A stretch of 63,050 nucleotides of DNA, filler included, from Parasitella parasitica NRRL 2501 (lineage: Eukaryota > Fungi > Mucoromycota), in the NCBI GenBank assembly GCA_025201805.1. It is 11 parts of 11 records of this genome, joined end to end, with 100 filler letters (N's around TTAATTAATTAA, not from the genome) between each part and the next. Parts side by side here need not be neighbours in the genome. Positions count along the whole stretch, not along the records: positions 40,392 to 41,501 come from MU619260.1; positions 41,602 to 51,060 come from MU619398.1; 9 more parts are not named here. One strand, written 5' to 3'. Below the pieces are notes generated by a model that was given only the letters and a program-made list of their open reading frames with translations, ran no database searches and had not been told where the DNA came from. Made by a program: the position numbers and the translations under genes. Below are positions 40,391-51,160 of the stretch, piece by piece (position 1 is the stretch's first letter; each line of letters begins with the position of its first letter).

Positions 40391-41501
40391 NATAGAGCGC
40401 AGTACTTGGTTTGCCATCAAGATGAACTTGAGTTGGCATGGAAGGAGATGATAAGTCTCGCTTGATGGTATGTATGGCCGAATGAAGCTAGTAATTTTGA
40501 TGATTGTTGCAGATTCTTGTGTGGTGATGTGTTCATCCTGATCTTGAAGGTAAGCGTCTGTGATATCTTGCGTGGCAAACAATGCTGATCTTGCAATGTT
40601 GACTAACTGACTGATTCTTTTTCTAGATACATTAGTATTGTTCCCTTTCTCGTAATCCTCTCTATCATCAGTATCGCTTTCTTGACGCTTTCCTTGCTTC
40701 TGCTGCTGCTGCTGCTGCTACTGTTGCTGTCTTGGATTTCTGTCCCTTTCCGCTTGCTACATACATTCCGAGTTACGGCATTATGACTTCCTTTGAAAAT
40801 CAGACGACCCCTACCTCTCTTTTAAGTAATTGCTCATATGTATCGATTTTCACTTGGCACATATCTGCTGCCTCATGCTTCCCTTTCTCTTCATACTTGG
40901 CTTTTAGCTTCTTTTCATCAGAAAACAGCTTTCGTCTTCGATTTCTTGTCTTGTTCAGCACTGAAATTTCTGCCATTGGGATACTGCAATTTGTCACTCT
41001 CTGTTTGCCTTTATGGTTTTTTCGAAGCTTGGTCGATTCTCTTTCAGTCTTCTTCGCCTTGATAGCATGGTCTTGATTGGGAGATAAATGGATCAACAGC
41101 AAGAAGTTCAAGAGCTTTCTAAGTAGCTTGTTGACAATAGTATTTTCGGACCACATAATACGAAGATTCGTGTAATACTGTTGGCGAGCCATCTTCATAA
41201 CGTGCGAGGACAGATTTTGATGTGGGTTGGCTTCATCACGGCCCAAAACGTTTACAATTGCCTTGTGGAGAGGCGAATTTTCAAGGGTAGACTCTTCAAT
41301 ACCCACTTGACCATAGTATGTTGAGTGCATTTGTTCCAAGTGGGGTTCTAGAAACAGCGATTGATAGTAAGCATTGAACTCGTCATTCTGGAGAGAGCTG
41401 GGATCTAATGGCTTTGGTACAGTGATGTCTTTCTCTAAATACCCTTCTGGCAGTATTGACGCAATGCTGTTTCCACCATCGTAGACAAGTTCAATGTTGC
41501 C
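40391..41501 (-). pseudogene. Fragment of a repeat-associated ORF, possibly a divergent Fanzor/TnpB-like N-terminal half
   Basis: Contig-length coding-like sequence with stops: SIASILPEGY...LFLEPHLEQMHS...NLRIMWSENTIVNKLLRKLLNFLLLIHLSP...FIRPYIP...QLKFILMANQVLRS. No RuvC motif visible. Confidence 0.3.
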
Positions 41502-41601
41502 NNNNNNNNNNNNNNNNNNNNNNNNNNNNNNNNNNNNNNNNNNNNTTAATTAATTAANNNNNNNNNNNNNNNNNNNNNNNNNNNNNNNNNNNNNNNNNNN
41601 N

Positions 41602-41633
<32 letters not shown>

Positions 41634-42555
41634 CAACAGGTCTATTGAAATTTGATATTGGTTGATATTGGTTAAAGGGATAAGCAAGAAAGCAATAAGG
41701 GAGAATCCCCGAGAGCTAAGGAAGACGATGAGCAACAAGGTAATCTTAACAATAACTAGATCAACCTTCGGATTTTAGGACTATCAATTTTCCTCGGCAG
41801 CACGAACAACATGCAACCTGAACTGAACCAGCAAGAAACATTCCTGTAAATCAGCGCTTTACTGATTCACAATTAAAAAGTTATGAAATTCAGACCATAT
41901 TAGTAGTTCTGTATCTTCTCTTGCTTTACCATTGAGTAACAGCAAGATCGACAATTTAATAAGATAACGGTAGTCTACCCAGGACCTCACTATCTCTGAG
42001 CTGAAAATATTGCATGCACCTATGTGTTTGAGGGTAATAGGCTGGTGGGAGTAAAAGCGTCTGTTGAAACGTGCAACGTACTACACAGGCATGCTAAATT
42101 ATCCACCTTTTACTTTTGCTTGTCTACCGCATTAAACAATGCTGCTCAGAATAATATGTTGAGGCCATATTTGGAATCAACACCTCTGGCGGATAAACCC
42201 AAATCATGGAACATGCAAGATACCATCATTTTAAGGATGAAAGGCAAGATCTTGAGCAAGCCTATCGAGTCACGCAATGTATGTCCTACAAGAGGAGGTA
42301 GAAACCATGATACTTTATTGTGAAATTTGTCTTTCTCATTTACTGCTTTTTTCCCTTTTTATCATCTGTACGAATAAATATTAGCAATACTCTTCATCTG
42401 ATTCAATAATACAACGTACCTAAGGTAATTCTATATCTTTTGAAAAACAAGTGTTTGTGCTATTCACTTCTAACATCTCCTTCCTTGTGTGTGCTTCAAT
42501 ACTAAACCCCCTCTTTTTTTTTTTCATCTTCTTTTTATGCAATGGCAATAAAGGA

Positions 42556-45500
42556 ATGAACAGCTCATCATATAGCTCATTTGAGTCAGGAATGAGAAAC
42601 CTGAATCTTGGTAATGACAACAATCTATACCATCACCACCCACAACAGCAACAGCAACAGCAACAACTACAGCAGCAACAGCAATATAATCAACCTCCTA
42701 ACCACAGCGGAGGGGGCCAGTGGAGCCAGGGACAGCATATTCATCAACAACAAAATAGCCAAGATTCTGACGACGAAGAAGACGACCAACCGCTCTCTTA
42801 TCAACAACAACCTTTATCAGGCAACAACTTTCCCAGACCTATTTCCATTCGCAACATGGCAACTTGTCTGAGCTCAGTAAAGCCTTCAAACTTTATAAAA
42901 CCGGCAGCACCACAGCCCAACAGTTTAATCGTGCCTCAAGATATGCGCGCTATTCAATCATTGTATGAAAGTTACTCGCAAAAGGCTTATTTCGAAGGAT
43001 ATCTCTATAAAAAGAATGAGTTGACAGTAGACGGTAAACCATTTGGCGACCCTCAATGGTCTCAGTGGTATGTAGAGCTTTGTGGACCTGTATTAACTCT
43101 TTGGGACACTCAAGCTGATCAAAACGAAAATGTAATGCCTCAATATATCAACATTACTGATTCTAATGTTGATATTATCGGTCATTCTGGTGATCCTGGT
43201 CGAGAATACGTTTTTTCTCTTAATTCGGCCGGTGCTAATCGATATTTATTTGACGTTCCAGACTTCAGTACACTCATTAATTGGGTCTGCGCTATCCGGT
43301 TGTCCTGTTTTGAATGTTCCAAGCTTCAGGAAATCTTTACACTTGGATTTTTATTACGTTCCACGTATTCTGACATGCTTGCCAAGCCAATGAATAAGAT
43401 GGAAGGGTTCGTTCAAGTAAGATTCTCAGGAACCACCGAGTGGCAAAAATATTGGGTTGTGGTATCAGACAAAAAGGAAGAGAAGAAACTTTTCGGAAAA
43501 AAATCAGTACAAGCAAGAGGCCAATTGATGTTTTATGAATCAAAAAAGGCAAAGCATCCTGTTTTGACCATGGTTAATGTGGTGCAAACTTATATCCTTT
43601 ATCCAGAATCGCCTCAAGCGATTGATCTTGTAAGCATGTTCAAAGTAGAAGGAAGCACATTTACTGTAAAACCTGGTGATGAGCAGCAAATTGCAACTTC
43701 TTGCAATAGTGCACTTATCATGGCATCAAACCCCAAAGAACTTATCCAATGGATAATTGGTACATTTGATGCATTCAAATTGTACGGTAGACCCACTCGT
43801 CTAAATGACGATCCATCCAATATCAATTCGCTCAATTTTGGGGAGCCTAAAAGTGACATACCTCGTTTGTTTTTGGAAGTACCTGAGGTCTTGCACTTAA
43901 ATTTTATGGACGAGAATCTATTGGACAACAAGGCGCAATTTGCAGGAATATTGCTTAGCAAAATACAGCAGCAAAATCGACAACATGCCCCTCCTCCACT
44001 GCATCATCAATCCCAAAATTCAGTAGGACTTATTCACCAAATATCAGCAGGAGCGCCAGCGTATAACAAGCAATTATCTCAGGGAATGTCTGCAAATCCT
44101 AGTCAGTCTTCTTCTATTAGAACTCCAGGACCACAACCTATCCAACAGCAACAAAAACAACAACGCAATACGTCTGCAACAGTCCGAAGAGTCTACGCCA
44201 GTGATGAAGGAAGCGACGATGATGAAGATGACGAAGATGGCGAGGAAGATGATAGTGATTATGATTCTACATTCAATGATAGAAACCCCAAATTGCAAAC
44301 AAAAAATAGCTTGTCTTTGCCAGCTATGACGGCTTCAGAAGATGATGGATTTGCTAGTTGTATTTTGGGAAATATCGAAAAGAAGAGAACGCCGCCTTCT
44401 CCTCCTCAACTATCCACTCAAACTTTGCTAGCAGGTCATGCACCAAGCACAAACTTACCGATAATAGAAAAAGATGCCAAGAGCGAAGATGAATTTGGGC
44501 TATCTGATAGCGAAAATGAAGAACCTAGCCGAGTTCCTGTTGCTACTACCAAGAGGCCTAAGCCAAGGATGGCAAGAACACAAGTCAGTCTTAGTGGGTC
44601 TGATACAGAAGAGGAAAAAGAAGTGGCTGATGATGCTAGTTACTCTGGTAGCGATAATGATGACAATGTCCCAATTCATCAACAATACCAACAGCAACAG
44701 CAACAAAGACTCCAACAACTGCAATATATGGACTACAGCGACCCGCGTCTTCAGTATCAACAAGGGCAACCTCACTGGGGCAGTGCCAGCATGTATGGTG
44801 GTGCAAATATGATGGAGCAACAACATCACTATTTTGACGAACATGGCTATCCTATAATAGATGAGGATGGCCCGATCATCCCTCAATTAGGTGATAGATT
44901 CGCAACACAAAATAGTCTATTAGACACTTACAGACCAGATCGTGCTTCCGCCCATGATCAAGAAGGATATGCCAGAGCTACAGGACAACCACTTATACAG
45001 GTCCCTAATAAACCGCCAGAGCCTCGTGCTGGTTTGGTTGGTATGATCTCTCAAATTGAGAGCGAAAAGAAACAGAAAGAATCTAGCAAAATTCGTTTTG
45101 GAGAAGTGGAACGCGATCGCATGGTGGAGCGTGAAAGAGAAAGATATATGATGGAACAGCGTTCACAAATGATGCAACAGGTAGATTTGTAATTATATTG
45201 AAATGTATGTCTACATACTCACTTTTCCTTATTATTAGCCCATGATGGGACAAAGCATGAATATGATGGGACAGCCTATGAACTATCCAGCAATGAATCC
45301 TGCTATGATGCAGATGATGGGTGGTCAAATGCCAATGATGAACATGATGGGTCAACCAATGATGTATCCCGGAATGATGAATATGCAAATGATGACTCCA
45401 ATGATTGATCCTCGCACAATGATGATGATGCAACAGCAATATGGGCAATACCCCGCGTGGCAGCAGCAGCAGCAACAGCAACCACAGCAGGAAATGTATG

Positions 45501-45586
45501 GTAACGGTAGATTCAATGGCATTCAAGAAGAAGATGAGGATGACGATGTCCCACTTGGTGCAAAAGACCCACATACCCAAAAATAA
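42556..45586 (+). CDS. Skg3/Caf120-like tandem PH-domain protein with Q-rich and acidic low-complexity regions; 2 exons
   Basis: YFEGYLYKKN...WYVELCGPVLTLWD...PQYINITD...LNSAGANRYLF...AIRLSCFE; EGFVQVRFSGTTEWQKYWVV; YPESP; DAFKLYGRP. Intron 45181-45238. Probable ATG at 42556. Confidence 0.8.
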
Positions 45587-45915
45587 ATAACTTTAATAAA
45601 TATAGATCATCTCACCCCTATATTGCTAATACATTTGAGAATTCATGTTTATTCAAATACAAATCAATGGATATTCTGCTTTTCGAACCTGTTTTACAAG
45701 GAGGATAAAAATTTCTAGTATTTGTAATTGATGGTATCGCCACCGTGATCGTAGTAATACACAGACCAATGTGCCTGGCTGAACATCTGGAGCTTTTTGT
45801 ATTCGTATCTTCATCATGGCTTTCTAGTTGATGTGACTGTAGAAACAAACTAAGGATCTTGATTATAGCAAATTCGATTCATTTCTTTTTTTTTAATCAA
45901 CTTTTAAGATACTAC

Positions 45916-47046
45916 ATGGAAACAAAACCAAAGAGACAAGTCTCCCGGCCCTATATTCCTGTGCATAGACGTAATCAACCTGAAAGAATAGCAACGCTAC
46001 CATCGCCAACACCGGCTAAAACACTACTAAAGGAGGAGGCCGAAGTTAAACGGCGTGGGAGAGGCCAATTTAGAGCACCTAGAGAAGAGGAAGTTGACAC
46101 AACATCAAATATCGAAGACTCAATATTGAAGTCTAAAATTTCGAAAAATGATGTAGATACTGAAGCTTTGGGGTGCGAAATATTGTAATTGCTTACAGAT
46201 TTAAATAGATCCTTATAGAAAAATTGACCGAAAAAGTTGAAAATTTTGCGATCGACACCGATAACGATAAAGAAGACTGGGAGGAAGAATTCGAATCAGA
46301 CACTGATGATATCAAAACAAAAGTAGAACCAATGAAAGCAATTTTTGCAAAAGAGCCAGCACCACTGATTTGTGGTAATTTATCATAAAATTGATGAAAC
46401 GAGAATCTAACAAGCTGAGTTTTTCATTTAGATGACGAATTAACAACGACACTTGATTGTTATGATTTTCCGAGTTCATTCAAAACATACCATTTGCAAG
46501 ACATGTTTCGAGAATATGAATCAATGAAAGGTGGCTACAGTATAAAATGGATGGATGATACCAGAGCATTGATTGTTTTTGAACATCCGAATACAGGTAA
46601 TCTCGGTTTGGCTATTAAAGTGAATATAAATTGAATGTACCCAATTTGGTAGCCAAGAAGGCATACATAGATCACATTAATAGCCCAATTGTGAAGATCC
46701 GGCCTTATAAAGGACATGTAGATAATAAATGTAAGTAATGCTTCTTGCTATGGATATGGACGTTCATTCTTCTTCATTTATAGTATCGGGTCCTGTTCCT
46801 CGTCGACCCGTAACTACAGATATGGTTGCTAGAAGATTAGTCCATAGTGCTTTGGGTGTCAGATCAATGAAAACTGCTGAGCAGCGTCAGGCTGAAAAAG
46901 AGTTATTGAAAGCAGTAAAAGGTATTATGCAGAAGTAACAAGAGCATATCGTTATTAAACTGTACATGTTAATAGAACAACGCCGCGCTGAGAAAGCAAA
47001 TAACGCGGCAAGAGAAAAGCAGATTGCAAGTGCATTTGACGAGTAG
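45916..47046 (+). CDS. R3HCC1/R3HCC1L-like RRM-domain protein, multi-exon
   Basis: YIPVHRR, RRGRGQF, LDCYDFPSSFKTYHL...IKWMDDTRALIVFEHP..AKKAY, RPVTTDMVARRLVHSALG. Several short introns. Confidence 0.75.
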
Positions 47047-48016
47047 TGATTATATAAAAAAAAATTTGCTAGAATACATAGTAGATACAGCAATTATCCT
47101 ATTTTTTGTTGTTCGTGGTTATATTGAGCACACCCCTGAATGTTGCTTATTATTTCCATTTTTTCTTATGTTGATCAAGAAATCATTGTTCACGAATCAA
47201 AAATGCTAGTAAACTAAACAGAGATTTGGGGTAATTATGAATGTAACAAGATAAAATAGTTTACGTACATTACAAGAAGGAAGCTCGTTACCAAATTAAT
47301 GAACTTTTTGCGTAACCCTTTACTTGTTTTATCTCTTGCACAAATCTTTTGTCTACGGTATTGCTTTGATAGAGAGCGCACGAATAGTAAAACGAGAAAA
47401 TTATGGATTAATGTACCAAAGCAGATCAAGCAATATTGTAGTAAGCACCAGGTTATATTTGCCCAGCTTATGAAATAGAAAAGTAAGGCGAACAGAAAAC
47501 CAGGATATACAGGCACGAAAATAAGTTTATAATGAACCAAAAATATACAATATAGCAGTGGTATATATTAATTACGACGGGTCATGCAGTAAAAAAGATA
47601 TAAGACAAGAAAAGAAATCAAAGTGAAAAGTAGCTAGTTACTAAATGGACACTGGAAGTATATACAATATCAGTGTAGATCTAGAATATGTGCGGTACAA
47701 GGTGATCTTGTTCGATGATTTTGGTATTAGATTGAAATTAATGATGTTCTTAAAGTCCATAGGTATTTGAAGCCATCTGGCATAGACTAGGATGAATAAC
47801 CTAATAAACTGTATGACCCAAAGTACTATTCGGGTTCACACAAGGAATAAAGCTCGAAGATAACTATACTTGATACCACATTCTTGTAGGATGACTTGGG
47901 TGTTGTAATAATATAATGTATTTGATTTTGGAGCAGGTGTTGAAATAAAGGTGAAACAATCATTTCATCTAATCCAACATTATTGTGAAATATATGTTAC
48001 GGGGCTACTGATACTA

Positions 48017-49990
48017 CAGTGTAGCAAGTCTCTTCTTCCTGGATCCATGAGCACCCATTTTTCATTAGTTTCTTTCAATTTTTCTTATGTTAAATCTTCG
48101 ATATATCTCGTTTCATCACCGGCTACATTCTTATTACTCTTGAATGGCGGCCCTTTTCGGGAGTTATCGCAGTTCTGTTCAATGGTACTGGCGCCAACTC
48201 CATCAGTTTCAAGAGTACCTTTGAAGCTTAAGGATCCTTGATTTTTAAAAGCCTTGGTTTTAAGATTGACTATATCCTCAGTTCTCGAGTTAACTTCTTG
48301 GCATCAAAGGTTTCTTGCTTTGAATAATATGGTAGTGGATAATCTTGCTGTCTAACGTCATGTAGCAAGGAATAAACGTCGTTCTTAATGGGAAACAGAA
48401 AAATTGCTTTAGCTGCACCGATTCAAACAATTTAGCAAGTTTAGCAAAGGCTTTGAAGTGGTTTTCTGGATTAGCCTTTACATCGTAGAGGATTGAGTCC
48501 ATTTTAAACTTGTAATTTTCTGGATATGCCGACAAGAAAGTTTGTATTTTTGGTTTTGATGATTTATTCAAAATATCAATGTTGGGCATGCCTTTTTTGG
48601 CTACAGCTTCTATAACTTGGTTACAGGGATTGTAAGCCTTTTGTCGTATCGCTTCTTTAATAGCTTCTTCACTAAACGCATTGGACGCCATTTCTTTACG
48701 GATGGTATCCGCTCTTTCTTTTTTTTCACAGAGCTTATTTAGTAGAGTTCGCAATCTATTTCCAAAATGGGTCTTTATGTTGTTAAGATAGGCAGTTTGG
48801 ATCTTGGTGCACTCATATAGTGCTATTTGTTGAGCATTCACCAGTTTGATTGGAGTATAATTCGCGTCTTCCAAGTAAGATTGTTGATATTTTGCTATGA
48901 ACTTCCTTTACTCTGCAGTCGTGTCTTTAAGCTTAACAGACCTGCGGGTAGTATTTTGGATCAGAGACAAGAACACTTCCACAAAGAATTCTTTTCGNNN
49001 NNNNNNNTAGCTTCTTCACTAAACGCATTGGACGCCATTTCTTTACGGATGGTATCCGCTCTTTCTTTTTTTTCACAGAGCTTATTTAGTAGAGTTCGCA
49101 ATATATTTCCAAAATGGGTCTTTATGCTGTTAAGATAAGCAGTTTGGATCTTGGTGCGCTCATATAGTGCGATTTGTTGAGCATTCACCAGTTTGATTGA
49201 AAGTATAATTTGCGTCTTCCAAGCAAGATTGTTGATATTCTGCTATGAAGTTCCTCTACTCTGCAATAGTGTCTTTAAGCTTAACAGACCTGCGGGTAGT
49301 ATTTTGGACAATCAGAGACAAGAACACTTCCACAAAGAATTCTTTTCGTACAAATTCATTCAAGTTGAAATTGCTGTTTGTGGCCAGTTCTTTCAAGAAC
49401 ATGTATTTTGAAAAAGCAGATGTGTGAGTGAGGACTGTATGAGTAGTATTCACTAGATTATACAATGGCTGCAGAAATTCTGGTTTCCATATATTGTTGA
49501 TCGCCGTTTTCACTGTCATCACCTTTTTTCTTATTTTACCATCAAAGCTTTTCGTTTTAGAACCAGGCTCGGTAGTAGTAGAGTCAGACTTGGAAGCAGT
49601 AACATTGGGTACATTCATCAGATTGTGTAGTCTTGCCTGATTCACCTGTCATTGGACCTTGAGCATTGGTGTTACGAAAGCCGATCTTGCTTGTGCTACC
49701 AATTTCGTCTTTGACCCTCTTTCTTGCCTGTTTAATGGGTGTTTAAAATGCTTTGACTCTTCTGCATTTATGAATATAATGTGCTAATACATACTTCTTT
49801 TTCTAAAGGTTACTGATGGCTGAAAATCATCGTCTGAATTGTCGGTAATAATTTTTTCATATCTGTCTATCATCATAGCTTAAATTAGTAACGTTTTGAT
49901 CAGAAATTAGTATGTATCTTTACCGTTTCTGTTCTTAAAAGACTCCCCTTCAGAGCAAGAAGTAGAAGTATCCTTCCTACTTGTCGTCAT
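48017..49990 (-). pseudogene. Fanzor1 (eukaryotic TnpB/Cas12-like nuclease) pseudogene, truncated just after RuvC-I
   Basis: TVKTAINNIW...HTSAFSKYMFL...FFVEVFLSL; NAQQIALYE...YLNNIKTHFG; YDVKANPENHF; FPLRTTFIPCYMTLD; FKGTLETDGVG; YIEDL; VLMDPGRRDLLHC. In-frame stops and frameshifts. Two short 5' introns upstream of about 49760. Confidence 0.8.
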
Positions 49991-50224
49991 CTGTACTTTC
50001 CTGAAGGGAACTAGTTTAAAAAAGAAACAAATGTGTAGAAAAAGAAACAAGACAAAAAATATCTATGGAGGATATGCAATGTAGGTTCTAGGAACGATAA
50101 TACGTGCTTTTGAATACAACATTTAATTTTGAGGAAACACCATTTATTTTTTTCCAATGAATGTTTATATTCCAATAAATGCCATTTGTGTTTTCAAAAT
50201 GGACAAAATTTACAGGTTGCACTG
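48017..50224 (-). mobile_element. Tc1/mariner-type non-autonomous element carrying the Fanzor gene
   Basis: TA|CAGTG at 48015-48021 and CACTG|TA at 50220-50226. AAATAAATGG-like subterminal repeats. 50197-50215 is the exact inverse of 59128-59146. Confidence 0.55.
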
Positions 50225-50512
50225 TATATACAAATACAAAGTAAGGGATAGATGATGATGTTTATTCTTTTGTGTTTCAATTGATATTTATAAAACTTAA
50301 AGGTTTTACATAAAGTCTGTGTGTTGTCGTGATAATTGTTAATTCAATAAGGCAAATATATGTATCAGTTAAAAGATGAGGTTTATTCAATTTGACATAT
50401 GATCTACTACTTATATTGTTTTCAAAACTAACGTACGAGAGTGTGTCAGGTACACTCAGACTTTGTGTGTACCTGACACTACTACATTCACTACTGACGA
50501 TAGCCGTAGTGT

Positions 50513-50519
50513 AAAAAAA
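50513..50519 (-). terminator. RNA polymerase III terminator (T7) of tRNA-Phe
   Basis: Run of seven T on the minus strand 2 nt after the discriminator base. Confidence 0.85.
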
Positions 50520-50521
50520 TT

Positions 50522-50594
50522 TGCGGGTAAAGCGGATCGAACGCTTGGCCTTTAGATCTTCAGTCTAACGCTCTCCCAGCTGAGCTATACCCGC
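50522..50594 (-). tRNA. tRNA-Phe (GAA), intronless
   Basis: GCGGGTA/TACCCGC acceptor stem, GCTC/GAGC D arm, TTAGA-CTGAAGA-TCTAA anticodon arm, AAGCG-TTCGATC-CGCTT T arm. Confidence 0.97.
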
Positions 50595-50629
50595 ACCTTT
50601 CTTTCTCCTAACCAATTTTTTACCTAATT

Positions 50630-51060
50630 TGGAACATTCACTTTTTGTAAGAAATTGTATAACACTTCATCCATCCATCTCGATAAAAGCTTCATCATTG
50701 CATCCTTCGAGAAAATTAGCTCACCTACTTCGTTGCCTTCAGATTCTCTTTTTTCTGGCTTGAAACGGCCTATTTCGTCTCGATCTCCACCTTTATTTGC
50801 GTTTGATCTCGTACAACAAATAAAGTCCAAAAGATACTCAACAACATTTGGAGATCCCAAGCCCGCTCCTCCTGCCCAAATGAATCTATCAACACCAGAT
50901 ATGATTGATTTCGGTGTTACTGCCCTCCCGTCTGCCTCTTCTGAGGGCGACTTGAACATGGCGTCCTTCGTTCTTGAAGTTCGCAATCGTTTGAGTCGTC
51001 TAGAGTCTGCTCATGCTGAGATCTCTCGGCTAAGAGCAGCTCTAGCAGAATCAGAGTCTG
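50630..51060 (+). mobile_element. Probable LINE 5' UTR and start of ORF1 (coiled-coil), runs into a gap
   Basis: Pyrimidine-rich leader, then MNLSTPDM...MASFVLEVRNRLSRLESAHAEISRLRAALAESES (heptad pattern). Adjacent contig carries the ORF1 C-terminus and ORF2. Confidence 0.45.
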
Positions 51061-51160
51061 NNNNNNNNNNNNNNNNNNNNNNNNNNNNNNNNNNNNNNNN
51101 NNNNTTAATTAATTAANNNNNNNNNNNNNNNNNNNNNNNNNNNNNNNNNNNNNNNNNNNN

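Noticed and set aside
42451-42555. Hydrophobic N-terminal extension of the 913-aa ORF
   Set aside because: Starts at a non-ATG codon and translates a poly-T leader; the true start is probably ATG 42556.
47100-48014. Possible Fanzor C-terminus or omegaRNA downstream of the DPG motif
   Set aside because: No RuvC-II/III or zinc-finger-like residues are readable in any frame and there is no evident structured conserved end; the element appears truncated at 48017.
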